64,000 nt of DNA from Methanomassiliicoccaceae archaeon (GTDB lineage Archaea > Thermoplasmatota > Thermoplasmata > Methanomassiliicoccales > UBA472). A program made the position numbers and the translations under genes. The DNA lies in assembly GCA_963789555.1 (NCBI GenBank), contig CAWBKY010000004.1, forward strand, positions 7,182 through 71,181, read 5' to 3'. Shown here piece by piece: positions 52,150 through 63,607 of the stretch (the first letter of the stretch is position 1; each line of letters opens with the position of its first letter). The notes under the pieces are model-generated. The model was not told the DNA's origin. It saw only the letters and a list, made by a program, of their open reading frames with translations, and did no database searches.

Positions 52150-52482
52150 ATGATGCGAGAAAGTGATCGGATGGAGGCATCAGGCGATTTCTTGAGCACA
52201 TGGTCTGGCGATCTGCAGGTCAAAGGTTTCCGCGAGGTCAGGACGGTCCATTGTCCGATACCCCACATCGAGGCCTTCCGGCGCGATGGCAAGAAATTCT
52301 TCGGATTCGCTGTACTGGACCGTTCCGACATCAACGAGCAGCTGCATCTCATCCTTCGCGGCAAGGTGCAGAACGGCACGGTGGTCTTCCTGCAGGCATC
52401 TTTCGACCTGCTCGATGACGTGGAGAGAAAGTTGAAGTGCTGGGAGCTGAACGACAAGGTGAACCTGGAAGGGTTCTTCTGA
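52150..52482 (+). CDS. Hypothetical protein
   Basis: About 110-aa ORF preceded by TATA-like CTTATATAAA. Confidence 0.6.
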   Translation: MMRESDRMEASGDFLSTWSGDLQVKGFREVRTVHCPIPHIEAFRRDGKKFFGFAVLDRSDINEQLHLILRGKVQNGTVVFLQASFDLLDDVERKLKCWELNDKVNLEGFF

Positions 52483-52503
52483 TCCCACTTCCGGGGATCA
52501 AAT

Positions 52504-53277
52504 TCAGATGGTCCTCTCGCCCCTCAAGATGTAGAAGGTCATGTAGGGCTTGAAGCCCACTTTCTCATAGACCGACCTGGCGGCATGGTTGTCCTCCCGC
52601 ACATGGATGAGGGCATAGGGAACTTCCTTTAGGATCCGCTCCGCCAATGCTGATACGATGGTGGTGGCGTACCCCCTCCCCCTCGAGCCCTTTTCCGTGG
52701 CGATGATGGAGATGTTGAAGCCTGGGCCTTGGGTCAGCACGCTCCCTACGGCTGAGGGACCCCCCGTCCCTGATGCCGAGCCAGTAGGATTTGTTGAACA
52801 TCGCCCGCACCCTCATCTTCGCTCATGTCCCCCCACCATTTCGGATCGGCCTCCCTCAAGAGCCGAGCGATATCCGGTGCATCCTCTGGGATCAAGGTCT
52901 CGTATGTAACCGTGCTCATCGGTCTGAGCTCGCCCGCGGCCAACGGTCATAAGTACGATATTGAAATGGACCTCGGGGTGGAACATCCTCAACAATTCAT
53001 CCTTCATATGCAGAGGGGCGTTTATCTCGACCTTTTGCTCTTCAAGCAGCTTGGCGAGGACCGTGCAGGCCCCCGGCTCGCCGCGCAATTGGACGATCTT
53101 GTGGTCGTAGACCAAAGATGCCCCAAGGAGAGTGCCATCCTCCTCGGCGAACCTGATACTTGTCCGGTCCCTCTCGAACATCCAGTCGACCAGGAACCAG
53201 AAATACTCCGGCCAGCGGCCCTCGATCGAATTGAGGAACCATGCTTCGTTCCTGCCATCCAGATCGCAGACTCTCAT
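52504..53277 (-). CDS. GNAT family acetyltransferase (frameshifted)
   Basis: 'RGRGYAT' and 'DNHAARSVYEKVGF'. Confidence 0.8.
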
Positions 53278-53408
53278 GGCATACCTCAGGGAAACAACGA
53301 TATGAGATAATAACAAATTTTACCTCGATCCCTCAACCATCTCCCGTCCCCGAATTATTGATGCAACCTATATCATCCAACCAAGATGATATTGAGAGGG
53401 GGTCCCTA

Positions 53409-53919
53409 TTGAACGAGAGGGAGGCATCAGCACCTGAGATCAAAATTTCCATCGAGGAATATCTAGAGGACGTGCATCGACTTTTCATCCTCTCCTTCAA
53501 TCAGGTGGGAGATCGAGCATGGACGTATGGATGCATTGAGAATGGCACGATCGGTCGGTGAGGCTCTCGGAAGGGAGATGGCGCGAGCTCAGCTCAAAGG
53601 CCGTCATCTCGAGGACTTCGAGGAGTTCAGTAAGTTCTGGAAAGCACTGATGTCCGCGCCTCTCTTTTCCGCGACCCAGCAAGTGACGATCCTGGAGGAG
53701 GGCCCCGACCATCTAAGCATGAGGGTGGACCGATGCCTCTGGGCGGAGCACTTCCTCAGGATAGGCGATCCGGAGTTGGGATACCTGGTCTGTTGCAACG
53801 CCGATCATAGCATGATAGCGGCCTACAATCCTAGGCTAAAACTCCATCGAACCAAGACCATCATGCAAGGTGATGACCATTGCGACCATTGCTTCCGTTG
53901 GTCAGAGGAGAGTCCGTGA
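53409..53919 (+). CDS. L-2-amino-thiazoline-4-carboxylic acid hydrolase-like protein (frameshifted)
   Basis: 'DRCLWAE', 'LVCCNAD' and 'RTKTIMQGDDHCDH'. Confidence 0.75.
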
Positions 53920-54750
53920 CCAACCTGGTGGCGGCATCCTCTTTGGCCATTACGGGTCTGGCGGTCATCTGCAGTTGCACCAACATCGGGATGGTCATGG
54001 GCCGGGAGAAGGCTGGGGTTCGGAAGAGCCAACATCAGCTGGATGGCGAGGGGCATCGTGCTCAACATCGTCCTGATGCCACTCCTTGCGCTCGGATTGA
54101 TCTGGACCTTCGACCTCGATGCGGGTTTGTCGGTCGGCCTGGTTCTGCTCTCTGCCTTACCCGCCTTTCCTTTGATCAAGAGGATAATGCGGAGGAAGGG
54201 GGGTTGACAAGAACGGTCTGGAACTGACCTTCGTGATGTTAGGTCTGAGCGTGATATCCGCCCCAATGATCATCTGGTTGTCTCCAGTGGAGGGATTGGA
54301 TGCTAACCCCACAGACATCATGTTCACATTGTCCTTGTTCCAGTTGCTGCCATTGCTTATCGGTTATGCCTTGGGAAGGCTCAAACCGGAACTGTACGAT
54401 CGCCTCGAGGACATCCTTACGTTCCTGGTCTTGATTAGCACCTCGCTTGATCGTCCTATACGTGATCAGTGAGCAGATATCAGGACATCGGCCAGATGGG
54501 AGGCACCCACGCCTTGTTGGCTGTGATATCGTTGGTCTTCATGGGGGTCTTCTTGGGGTGGTTTGTGGGCGGGCCGAGGCACGGGGGCAGGAGGACCTTG
54601 GCACTGAACACGTCTTTGAGGAACTTCATGTCCAGCCTACTCCTGGTGTTAACCTTCTTCACGGGGGCGGGGACTGAAGTATTGGTCCTTTTGGGCGGGC
54701 TTTTCATGCTGGCCCTGGGAATTCTCGTGGAAAGGACCCTCATAGACTAG
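53916..54750 (+). CDS. Bile acid:sodium symporter-like membrane protein (frameshifted)
   Basis: 'LNIVLMPLLA', 'LLPLLIG' and 'RTLALNTSLRN'. Confidence 0.65.
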
Positions 54751-54794
54751 TCACTTCACAGTGGCGTCCTTGATAGTATATTAATAATAATATA

Positions 54795-54820
54795 TTAATA
54801 TATATTGCATTATATATTAA
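54795..54820. repeat. AT-rich inverted repeat TTAATATATA-TTGCAT-TATATATTAA
   Basis: Perfect 10-6-10 inverted repeat between convergent genes. Confidence 0.6.
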
Positions 54821-54975
54821 AACATCGACTCAAAATGGAGTTCTTTCGTCCCTGGGCTTCTGTTCGTTATTTTCTCAATTGGAAACGAAGTAGAGACTGA
54901 CTACGATCGACCTCACCATAATGACGGTTGGCGAAGCCAATATCCATGGCACATCGATACGGTCTAAGGGGTATC

Positions 54976-55861
54976 TTATTTCTTGAAGATCGGGGTCTCC
55001 TTAACCCCTTCCTCGCGCATTCGGTTCGTGATCTGGAGGAGGTAGGAGGATGTGACCTTGCTTGTTTTGATGGGGGTATCCGTCCACAGGCTGACGTTAT
55101 AGATGAGCTTGTCCTGCTCGGTGCGCACGATGTGCGCAGAGGGCAGGAACCGGTCCTCCTCGAAGTCCAGATTGACCTCGTCCTTCTCCGCTAGTTTTGT
55201 CCTATGCTTGGACTTATGCTTCAACCGGCTCTCCTTCCTGATGGGGCGGATATTGGGATACACCATTGGGTTGCGCCTCGCTTCCTCCAGGAAAAGTTCG
55301 CACATCCGGTCAGGGTCCTCGGTCCAAGGCAAGGCCATCGGGATGTTGATGTTGAAACATCCGATATCCGAGTAGTTCAAGGCCTTATGGATGATGAGGT
55401 AGGAGCTGGGTATGACATACACCCTCCCATATTGCTCCCGGACCGTGATGGAGGTCAGCCCGATGTTAAGGACCTCAGCCGGACCGGTCTGATATAGGCG
55501 TGTCCCCCACCTCGACCCAATCACCCAACTGGACACGTCCATCGATGGCCACTATCACACCGCCCACCACGTTCTGTATCACGTTCTGGAATCCGAAGGT
55601 GATGGCGAAGGAGATCGCTCCGACGATGAAAGCGATGGTCGTGCTGTTCACCCCGAAGAGGATGAGCAGTGCCAGGGTGAAGAAAACGATCAACACGAGG
55701 TATTGGATGAAATTGGCCATGGTCTTGGCCGTGCTCGCACCAGCATATTTGGTTGCTCTCTTCTTGACCACCCAGTATACCAACCGGGCGACGATGAATC
55801 CCACAACAATGATGATAGAGACCTCTATGATCAACGTTAAGATGTCCCCAGTAAGTTCCAT
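54976..55861 (-). CDS. MscS mechanosensitive channel family protein (frameshift at about 55480)
   Basis: 'FGFQNVIQNVVGG', 'GDWVEV' and 'VYVIPSS'. Confidence 0.85.
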
Positions 55862-56363
55862 AAAAACCGCCTTGGCCAAGTCAAGAGGCGTTCAAATTAT
55901 TATTAGTTCTGTAGAGGCGGCTGATGGCGGAATACTTTCAAACAAAGTTGCGGGAGTTTTCAGTTTTTTCATACAGCGTTCGTTCCACAATCGGAACCAA
56001 ATGAGTGGTGTCAGATTGTAATGGTAGGCCAAAAAATGATATGGAAAAAGGGGACTGACCGGATAGACAGATATGGTCCTATTTGTGCGATTGCCAAGCG
56101 AGATGGGATCATCTTCGTTGTTGAGGTAGAGTGGGACGAGAGCTTTCTACACCTGAGGGGATGGGAGTGGAAGTAAACATGGCAAAACGTCCTCAATGAT
56201 ATGAGAGAGAAGCAAACTCATCCCTCTTTCTCCTTAATTTTTTCCATTGGGGAAAGTGATAAGGGTTAGTATCTTCTATTAAAAAATGAGGCCTCTGTGA
56301 GTTAGCTGAGGCCTGCATCAAGTCACTTTCAAAAACCTCAGAGGGAGGAGGAGGTGAGAAAAG

Positions 56364-56621
56364 ATGCCAGTGGTGACGATCGACATAATAAAAGGAGCAT
56401 TCAGCAAGGATCAGAAGGTGGAGATGATGAAGCGTGTTTCCGAGGTGGTCGCTGAGATCGAGAGCCGTCCTGATCCAAAGGAGAACATGCTTCCATTCGT
56501 ATATTGCATCATCCGAGAGACCGAATGGGGGGACTTTGGCAATAATGGGGTAGCCATAACGCCAGAATTGCTGCATGCGGTGAAAAAGGGAATCGTCCAA
56601 ATTTCGATCAAGCAGCCGTAG
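56364..56621 (+). CDS. 4-oxalocrotonate tautomerase family protein
   Basis: Catalytic N-terminal Pro (MPVVTI), 'SKDQKVEM' and a strong GGAGGTGA RBS. Confidence 0.85.
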   Translation: MPVVTIDIIKGAFSKDQKVEMMKRVSEVVAEIESRPDPKENMLPFVYCIIRETEWGDFGNNGVAITPELLHAVKKGIVQISIKQP

Positions 56622-56725
56622 AATATGGTCAGTGAAGGATAGGAGAGATAAGGAAACACTTTCCTTTTCATCTTTTCAGATATATGATCGATCATATCAC
56701 GTGTATACATTCATCTTCTACCACA

Positions 56726-56817
56726 GAGACAGACCACTGGATAAGAAAAATAACGAAAGGCCCTGAAAAGGGACCTGACGCGGAAATCCAGCAAGAGTGG
56801 GCCCAATGAGATTTGGA
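56726..56817 (+). repeat. Copy 1 of an about 90-bp direct repeat containing the tRNA-Ile 3' end (att-like)
   Basis: Near-identical to 57898-57993. Confidence 0.85.
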
Positions 56818-57789
56818 ACAACGCGACCGTCTGGATAAATCAAAAAGATCCCTTTAACGCGATAGCCCTGTCGTGAGGATTCCGGAGAGATGAGCAAACA
56901 CTTTTCCCATTTTTTTAACAAGTGATAAATAAGCGGCTTCTTAATTTTGACATAGGGGTTAGAGAGGAGAGAAACTTGAAAAGTTACCTGATGGTTGGCT
57001 TGGTTGTATTTGTCACCATAATTCTACTGGCCACCGTTTTTTTCCTATTTTTCCTTCCTGATGATGAGCAAGAAGTCGGGCAAACGAAATTTGGATGAGA
57101 TGAATATGAGGTCGGAGACTAGTTAGTATTTTTTCAACAATACCAGTCTATACCCTGATGGTGGGAAAGGATTTTTCAATGGTTTTTCCCGGTGTGATGT
57201 TAAAAGTATCTCAAATATGGAGATTATGTTGGATCTCGAGTGGGGGAGAATATCTGGATAATATGTCACATTGGAATTCCTCCTTCCCAAGAGAATCCTG
57301 CTACGCATTCAATGTTATGGCAATAAATCTACACTCGGATGTAGTGCAGCATGTGGAGGAGCTTGGGAATGAAGTCAATCCAAACGGCATGGGGTCCCAA
57401 GATGTCGCCAAAAGAATCTAAGATCATGGTTAAACCTCGATTACTGATGAAGATTGGATTAATCATCTAAAGGCAGGTGGACTGCATTTTTATGGATAAT
57501 TTGGAGGGGTGATTATCTGACAAGTTTTTCCTTTAGTCATCAAAATGGTGATCTTCTGGAGTGTCTGGAACTCCGGGACACGAATCTTAAGGAGATCATC
57601 ACTCCATAAGGATTATTGATCACCAAATTATCTGAGCCAAGGCCTGACAGAATATTCATAGGAGTGGATCAGCGCGGGATTGTTACCCGAGGAAAAGGAC
57701 TGGCAAGAGTACGAAAATTTCCCTAAAGTGTAAAAGATATGAGAGGAATCTTTTGGCAGTGGGATTAGATATATGAACGAAACCCCTCG

Positions 57790-57880
57790 GGACGCCCATC
57801 GAGAAGCATTGCATTCGAGATGCTTGGGCATGAGAGCATCGACATGACGCGTAAGTATCTCGGACTGTGCCTAGACGACC
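57790..57880 (+). pseudogene. Tyrosine integrase C-terminal remnant
   Basis: 'EMLGHESIDMTRKYLGL' matches the LGH...T..Y catalytic box. Confidence 0.7.
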
Positions 57881-57897
57881 GAATAAAGAACCATGGC

Positions 57898-57993
57898 GAG
57901 ACAAGACGACTGGATAAGAAAAATAACGAAAGGCCCCGAAAAGGGACCTGTCGTGGTAATACAGCAAGAGTGGTGGGCCCAAAGAGATTTGGA
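57898..57993 (+). repeat. Copy 2 of the about 90-bp direct repeat, overlapping the tRNA-Ile 3' end
   Basis: Near-identical to 56726-56817. Confidence 0.85.
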
Positions 57994-58048
57994 CTCTTGA
58001 CCTCCCGGTTATCAGCCGGGCGCTCCAGCCAGGCTAAGCTATGGGCCC
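57971..58048 (-). tRNA. tRNA-Ile(GAT), CCA encoded
   Basis: Reverse complement GGGCCCATAGCTTAGCCTGG...CCCGG-CTGATAA-CCGGG...AAGAGTCCAAATCTCTTTGGGCCCACCA. Confidence 0.93.
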
Positions 58049-58241
58049 GTGTGTTCTGCCGAATGGCGCATTCCATTTTAAACCTTTCTATCCTGGCGAG
58101 CCTAAAAAGACCTTCGAGCCAATGGTGAATGGACCCGCCAGCGGTTTGATGAATTTGAAAATGCAAAGGCGGCAAAGAATCTATGATGCCATAAAATAAG
58201 GTTTCATGGGACCGACAAAAGGTCGGTCCAAAAATGTTTCG

Positions 58242-58664
58242 TTAGGTCCTGAACGAGACCGAGTACTCGACATCCTTTGCGCCAAAGTACTTTGCACAGT
58301 ACTCTGCCACCTTCTTCGGTGGGTATTCCTTGCAGCTGAAGACGTCGATGAATGCGCGGTCCGTGTCTTCGGCGAAATGGCCGGAGATCATGGAGGTCTC
58401 GATCAATTGGGCCAAGGAATATCCCTGCACCCGCGGGTCGGCCCCAAATCTGACGACGATCGGTTCCCCGAACCTCTTCATATCGATATACTCGCAAAGG
58501 TCGATGGAGAACTGAGCTATGGTCTCCTTGCTGCGTATCTTCTCCGGGTCGCATTGGCGCAGATCCACGGAGGTGAGCAAGCCCCACTCTTTGCTGGTTC
58601 TGAAGCGTTCGATCGTCTCTTCATCAGTAAGCAATTTACCCGTATTCGGACTCATACTATACAT
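58242..58664 (-). CDS. S-adenosylmethionine decarboxylase-like pyruvoyl enzyme
   Basis: 'VDLRQC', 'GYS..QLIETSMISGHF' and 'FIDVFSC'. Confidence 0.8.
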   Translation of the reverse strand: MYSMSPNTGKLLTDEETIERFRTSKEWGLLTSVDLRQCDPEKIRSKETIAQFSIDLCEYIDMKRFGEPIVVRFGADPRVQGYSLAQLIETSMISGHFAEDTDRAFIDVFSCKEYPPKKVAEYCAKYFGAKDVEYSVSFRT

Positions 58665-58857
58665 GTTCGGTTATCGCCCTCTGGGTGTTGTATTTCACCC
58701 TTGAACTAGACGCAAGAACGATTCAAGTATTTTAATTTAATACCGCGAAGGGGCAGGAATCGGAACCAGAGGTCTATTTTTCGTGCTATAGCATGACACG
58801 ATTTTCTCTTTCACCAAGCATTCCCACCTCATCGGTCAGGCGATGATGCGCACATGT

Positions 58858-59262
58858 TCATTTCTCAATGAAATGCAGGGAACCGGAGTTCATGCAATAT
58901 CTCCTTCCGGTCGGGGCGGGGCCATCATCGAAAAGATGTCCGAGATGCCCTCCGCATCGCGCGCACCTGACCTCCGTCCGGACCATGCCATGGCTCCTGT
59001 CGGTCTCCGACTCCACTGCCTCCTCCTTGACCGGCTGCCAAAAGCTGGGCCATCCCGTTCCGGAATCGAACTTCTTATCCGAGGTGAACAGCTCGTTGCC
59101 GCAACCGGCGCAGACATAGGTCCCCTTGCGGTGGTTGTCCCAGTAGGCGTTACGGAAGGCGAACTCCGTTCCCTTCTTCCTCAGGATGCGGTACTGGTCC
59201 GTCGTCAATGTCTTGCGCCATTCGTCATCGCTCCTCTCTACGGGATAGGTCAGATGAACCAC
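58858..59262 (-). CDS. msrB: Peptide-methionine (R)-S-oxide reductase
   Basis: 'KGTE', '[11 protein letters not shown]', '[11 protein letters not shown]' and 'RYCMNS'. Confidence 0.95.
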   Translation of the reverse strand: MVHLTYPVERSDDEWRKTLTTDQYRILRKKGTEFAFRNAYWDNHRKGTYVCAGCGNELFTSDKKFDSGTGWPSFWQPVKEEAVESETDRSHGMVRTEVRCARCGGHLGHLFDDGPAPTGRRYCMNSGSLHFIEK

Positions 59263-59392
59263 CTCCAACCCCCTCGGTGCCGCGGGTATTAATGGCTTGT
59301 GCGCTTTTCTCGCTTCATACCCATGTTCCTGCTCCTGATGGCCACTTCTGACCAAGTGGTTTATACCCTGTGCACATTCATAGCCAGTGCAC

Positions 59393-60688
59393 ATGGTGGA
59401 AAAGGGCGGGGATGCCGCTGCTGATGAGGGAGCGAAGGAACAGAAATGGCTCGGCAGGTTCCTTGCCATCTGGAGCGGGCAGGCCGTCTCGGTCATCGGC
59501 AGCGCCTTGGTGCAGTTCGCCCTGATCTGGTACCTCACCATCACCACCGGCTCGGCCACCGTTCTGGCCATCGCCGCCATCATGGGCATCGTGCCGCAGA
59601 TACTATTGACGCCATTCGCCGGCGTCTATGTGGACCGATGGAAGCGCCGTTTCACCATGATCGGGGCGGACGGTCTGATGGCGCTCTCCACCTTGGTATT
59701 GGTGGCCCTCTTCGCCTTGGACGCGGTGCAGATATGGCAGATATACGTCGTCCTGTTCGCGCGCTCCTGCCTCGCCGCCTTCCATTGGCCTGCCAGTCAG
59801 GCCGCCACCGCCCTGCTCGTGCCGGAAAGGAACTTGGCCCGGGTGGCCGGGCTCAATCAGACCATCTTTGGGCTCTCCTCGGTGCTGGCCCCGCCCATCG
59901 CCGCCGCGCTTTTCGCCATCGTGCCGATCCAATACATCCTCTCCATCGATATCCTCACAGCGCTCATCGCCATCATCCCACTGGCGCTGATACGCATCCC
60001 TGAGCCCAAGCCCAGCCTGGAGGAGCGACATGTGCTCAAGGAGATGAAGGCGGCCTGGATGGTGCTGCGCAACTGGTCCGGAGCCTTGAAGGTCGTCGGG
60101 ATATTCCTCGTCGCCAATCTATTGCTCACTCCCGCATTCATTTTGATGCCTTTGCTGGTGGTCGACTACTTCCAAGGGGACGCCCTGGACCTGGCCTGGG
60201 TGGAGGCCTGCTTCGGGGGCGGGGCCATCGCTGGCGGTCTGGTCCTGGGGATATGGGGCGGGACGAAGCGTCGCATCGTGACCGTGATGGCCGCCACCTT
60301 CCTGGCCGGGATCGGGGCGACCTTGATCGGATTGGTCCCCAGTGACGCGCTGATGCTCCTGCTCGTTCTGGCTTTGTTCATCGGCGCCATGTTCTCCATG
60401 CTCAATGGCGCCATCATCGCCATCATCCAAGGCTGCGTCGAGCCGGGCATGCAGGGGAGGATACTGGCCCTCATCTCCAGCCTGGCCATGTCCGTGACGC
60501 CGATAGGTCTGGCCTTCGCCGGTCCGATGGCCGACGTGGTGGGCGTCCAGCCCTGGTTCATCCTCGCGGGGGTGGTCACCGCGGTCATGGGCATGGCCGC
60601 CTTCTTCGTGCCCAGCGTCATGCGCATCGAAGGGACCGCCAACTCGAGCTGCTCCGTTGGCAAGGCCGGTCCGGAGGCGGGGGACTAG
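59393..60688 (+). CDS. MFS transporter (Mef/H+ antiporter-like)
   Basis: '[12 protein letters not shown]', '[11 protein letters not shown]' and about 12 TM helices. Confidence 0.9.
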   Translation: MVEKGGDAAADEGAKEQKWLGRFLAIWSGQAVSVIGSALVQFALIWYLTITTGSATVLAIAAIMGIVPQILLTPFAGVYVDRWKRRFTMIGADGLMALSTLVLVALFALDAVQIWQIYVVLFARSCLAAFHWPASQAATALLVPERNLARVAGLNQTIFGLSSVLAPPIAAALFAIVPIQYILSIDILTALIAIIPLALIRIPEPKPSLEERHVLKEMKAAWMVLRNWSGALKVVGIFLVANLLLTPAFILMPLLVVDYFQGDALDLAWVEACFGGGAIAGGLVLGIWGGTKRRIVTVMAATFLAGIGATLIGLVPSDALMLLLVLALFIGAMFSMLNGAIIAIIQGCVEPGMQGRILALISSLAMSVTPIGLAFAGPMADVVGVQPWFILAGVVTAVMGMAAFFVPSVMRIEGTANSSCSVGKAGPEAGD

Positions 60689-60725
60689 GATTAAGAGCAG
60701 CGAACCCTTACCAGGTCCGATCGCC

Positions 60726-61874
60726 ATGACCGGTGGCCTAAAGAACCGTGGTAGGACCAAAGAGGACGTGGAGGAGCGCAGGAAGGGTCTGGAAGAGGCC
60801 ACAGGCGCCTCTCTGGAGCACATCGCCCACACCAGCTTCGACCCATTGTTGGCCGAGAAGAACGTGGAGAACATGGTGGGCTGCGTGCAGGTGCCACTGG
60901 GCTTCGTCGGACCATTGCTCATCAACGGCGACCATGCCAAAGGGGAGTTCTTCGTGCCCATGGCCACCACCGAAGGGGCGCTCATCGCCTCGGTGAACCG
61001 GGGCTGTTCCGCCATCAGCGCCGCCGGAGGGGCGGACGTGCTCATCATCAAGGACGAGATGACCCGGGCACCGGTCTTCCGCACCAAGGGGGTGCGCGAC
61101 AGCAAGAGGGTGGTGGACTTCGTCAATTCCCATTTCCAAGAGATCAAGGCCGAGGCGGAGACGACCACCCGCCATGGCAAATTGATCAAGGTAAGGGCCT
61201 TCGCCACCGGGCGCAGCCTCTTCCTTCGCTTCAGCTACGACACCGGGGACGCCATGGGCATGAACATGGCCACCATCGCCACCGAGGCAGCGTCCCGTTA
61301 CATCGAGAGGGAGACGGGCACCACCATGGTCTCCGTCTCAGGCAACCTCTGCGTGGACAAGAAGCCCTCGGCCATGAACTTCATCGACGGCCGAGGGAAG
61401 ATCGTCCTGGCCGACGTCACGATCCCTAAGGACGTGGTGGAGGGCCGCTTGAAGACCACGGTGGACGGCGCGGTGGAGACCTGTTACCGCAAGAACCTGG
61501 TCGGCAGCGCCATGGCCATGTCGTTCGGTCACAACGCCCACATCGCCAACATACTGGCGGCGGTCTTCATCGCCACCGGTCAGGACCCCGCCCAGGTGGT
61601 GGAGGGCTCGATGGGCATGACCACCTGCGAGCGCTCCGGCGAGGACCTCTACCTTTCCGTTCGATTGCCCAGCCTCGAGGTCGGGACCGTCGGCGGCGGG
61701 ACGAGGTTGCCCTGCCAGCGGGAGGCTCTCTCGCTCATGGACTGCGTCGGTGCCGGCAAGGCCAAGAAGTTCGCCGAGATCGTGGCCGGGGCCACCCTAG
61801 CCGGTGAGCTGTCCACCCTTGCCGCACAGTCCGCAGGGGAGCTGGGCAAGGCGCACCGGGAGCTGGGGCGCTGA
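60726..61874 (+). CDS. hmgA: Hydroxymethylglutaryl-CoA reductase (class I)
   Basis: 'ENMVG', 'PMATTEG', 'GDAMGMNM', 'GNLCVDKK' and 'VGTVGGGT'. Confidence 0.96.
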   Translation: MTGGLKNRGRTKEDVEERRKGLEEATGASLEHIAHTSFDPLLAEKNVENMVGCVQVPLGFVGPLLINGDHAKGEFFVPMATTEGALIASVNRGCSAISAAGGADVLIIKDEMTRAPVFRTKGVRDSKRVVDFVNSHFQEIKAEAETTTRHGKLIKVRAFATGRSLFLRFSYDTGDAMGMNMATIATEAASRYIERETGTTMVSVSGNLCVDKKPSAMNFIDGRGKIVLADVTIPKDVVEGRLKTTVDGAVETCYRKNLVGSAMAMSFGHNAHIANILAAVFIATGQDPAQVVEGSMGMTTCERSGEDLYLSVRLPSLEVGTVGGGTRLPCQREALSLMDCVGAGKAKKFAEIVAGATLAGELSTLAAQSAGELGKAHRELGR

Positions 61875-61911
61875 AAAAGGTAAAATAGCCACAACCTTAT
61901 GGCAGGCGTGC

Positions 61912-63567
61912 ATGCCAGTCATCACTTTCAATATGGGCGACCTGCTCGACCTGGTCGGCGGGGGAGTGAGCGCCGAGAAGGTCCTGGAGCGAGTGCCCTT
62001 GATCGGGGCCAGCGTGGACCGTTACGAGCCCTCCACGGGCGAGACCGCGGTGGAGTTCTTCCCCAACCGCCCGGACCTCTACTCGGTGGAGGGGGTGTCC
62101 CGGGCCTTGCGCACCTTCTTCGACATCGAGTCTGGCATGAAGAAGTACCCGCACCGGCCCTCCGGCATCACCATGACCTGGGAGGAGAGCGTGCTGGACG
62201 TCCGCCCGCATTGCGTGGCGGGGGTGGTCCGCAACGTCACCATGTCGGACCCGATGATCCGTTCGCTGATGGAGCTGCAGGAGAAGCTGCACCTCACCGT
62301 CGGCCGCAAGCGGGTCAAGGTGGCCATCGGCGTGCACGACCTGGACAAGGTCAGGCCGCCCTTCCGTTACCTCGCCGCCGACCCCGATTCCATCTCCTTC
62401 GTGCCTTTGGCCAAGAGCGAGCCCATGACCATGCGCGAGGTGCTGCAGAAGCATGAGAAGGGCGTCGACTACCGCCACATACTGGATGGCAAGGACCGAT
62501 ATCCGGTCATCTTGGACAGGAACGACGACGTGCTGTCCTTCCCGCCCATCATCAACGGGGCGCTCACCACCGTGACGCCCGAGACCAAGAACATATTCAT
62601 CGACGTCACCGGCATGGACCTTTTCGCCATCTCCGGCGTGCTGAACATCGTCTCCACCTCGCTGGCCGAGCGCGGGGGCGACATCGAGACGGTGCATGTG
62701 AAGGGCCCCAGTTCCCTGGTCACCCCCGACCTGCACCCAAAATGCTGGCCCCTGGACCCCGTTTGGGCCAACTCCTGGTTGGGCCTGAAGCTCTCGGACC
62801 AGGAGATATGCCAACGCCTGGGGCGCATGGGCTACGATGCCGCCCCGAACGGCGCGAGGATCGACGTCATGGTCCCGCCCTGGCGCATGGACCTCATGCA
62901 CATGGCCGACCTGGTCGAGGACCTGGCCATCGGTCACGGTTACGAGCGCTTCGGTGCCACACCGCCCCGTTCCCAGACCATCGGCGGGGAGAGGAGCATC
63001 GAGCGCGCCGCCGACCTGGTGCGCCAGCTCCTGGTCGGATATGGATATTGGGAGGTCACCACCCTCACCCTCAGCAACCCTGACGACCAGTTCCGCCTGA
63101 TGCGCGTCCCGGAGGAGGAATTGGTGGAGGTGCTCAACCCCGTCTCGGAGGGTCACACCTGCCTGCGGGCCTGGCTCACGCCCTCCCTGCTGGCCGTCCT
63201 GAGGAAGAGCAAGCACCGGGAACTGCCTCAGCGCATATTCGAGGTGGGCGATGTCCTTTTGAACGCAAAGAGGCGCAAGCACCTGGCCGCCCTGAGCATC
63301 CATCCCAAGGCCTCGTTCACCGAGGCCAAGTCCCTGGTGGAGGGCGTGATGCGGGACCTCTCCTCCAAGTTCTACGTGGTGGCGAGCGACAGCGGCGCCT
63401 ACATCCCTGGTCGAGGGGCGCAGATAGTCTTCGAGGACGAGACGGTCGGGTCCTTCGGAGAGCTCCATCCCGAGGTCATCAGCAACTTCGACCTGGGGAA
63501 CCCGATAGTGGGCTTCGAGCTCGACCTGGAGCGGGTCATCCGTGACCGTCAGCTCCAGATACTTTGA
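61912..63567 (+). CDS. pheT: Phenylalanine--tRNA ligase beta subunit (archaeal type)
   Basis: 'PNRPDLYSVEG', 'QEKLH', 'SFPPIIN' and 'R.DLMH..DLVED'. Confidence 0.95.
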   Translation: MPVITFNMGDLLDLVGGGVSAEKVLERVPLIGASVDRYEPSTGETAVEFFPNRPDLYSVEGVSRALRTFFDIESGMKKYPHRPSGITMTWEESVLDVRPHCVAGVVRNVTMSDPMIRSLMELQEKLHLTVGRKRVKVAIGVHDLDKVRPPFRYLAADPDSISFVPLAKSEPMTMREVLQKHEKGVDYRHILDGKDRYPVILDRNDDVLSFPPIINGALTTVTPETKNIFIDVTGMDLFAISGVLNIVSTSLAERGGDIETVHVKGPSSLVTPDLHPKCWPLDPVWANSWLGLKLSDQEICQRLGRMGYDAAPNGARIDVMVPPWRMDLMHMADLVEDLAIGHGYERFGATPPRSQTIGGERSIERAADLVRQLLVGYGYWEVTTLTLSNPDDQFRLMRVPEEELVEVLNPVSEGHTCLRAWLTPSLLAVLRKSKHRELPQRIFEVGDVLLNAKRRKHLAALSIHPKASFTEAKSLVEGVMRDLSSKFYVVASDSGAYIPGRGAQIVFEDETVGSFGELHPEVISNFDLGNPIVGFELDLERVIRDRQLQIL

Positions 63568-63607
63568 GGTAACCTTTTTTAGGCGGGAGGGTTACTCCCG
63601 AGCACAG

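Noticed and set aside
57880-58128. Integrase ORF continuing through tRNA-Ile as a split-integrase gene
   Set aside because: The 'VVGPKRFGLLTSRL' segment is the antisense translation of the tRNA. Only the short LGH...Y piece is integrase-like.
12148-60688. Other TAG stops (MMPL, site-2 protease, marC, Trx, MFS) as readthrough sites
   Set aside because: These proteins appear complete at the TAG and no conserved sequence follows.
3207-63468. Many long antisense or alternate-frame ORFs (e.g. 6713-8512, 7234-8895, 32676-34052, 61897-63468)
   Set aside because: Shadow ORFs caused by high GC3 codon usage. They overlap well-supported genes and show no motifs.
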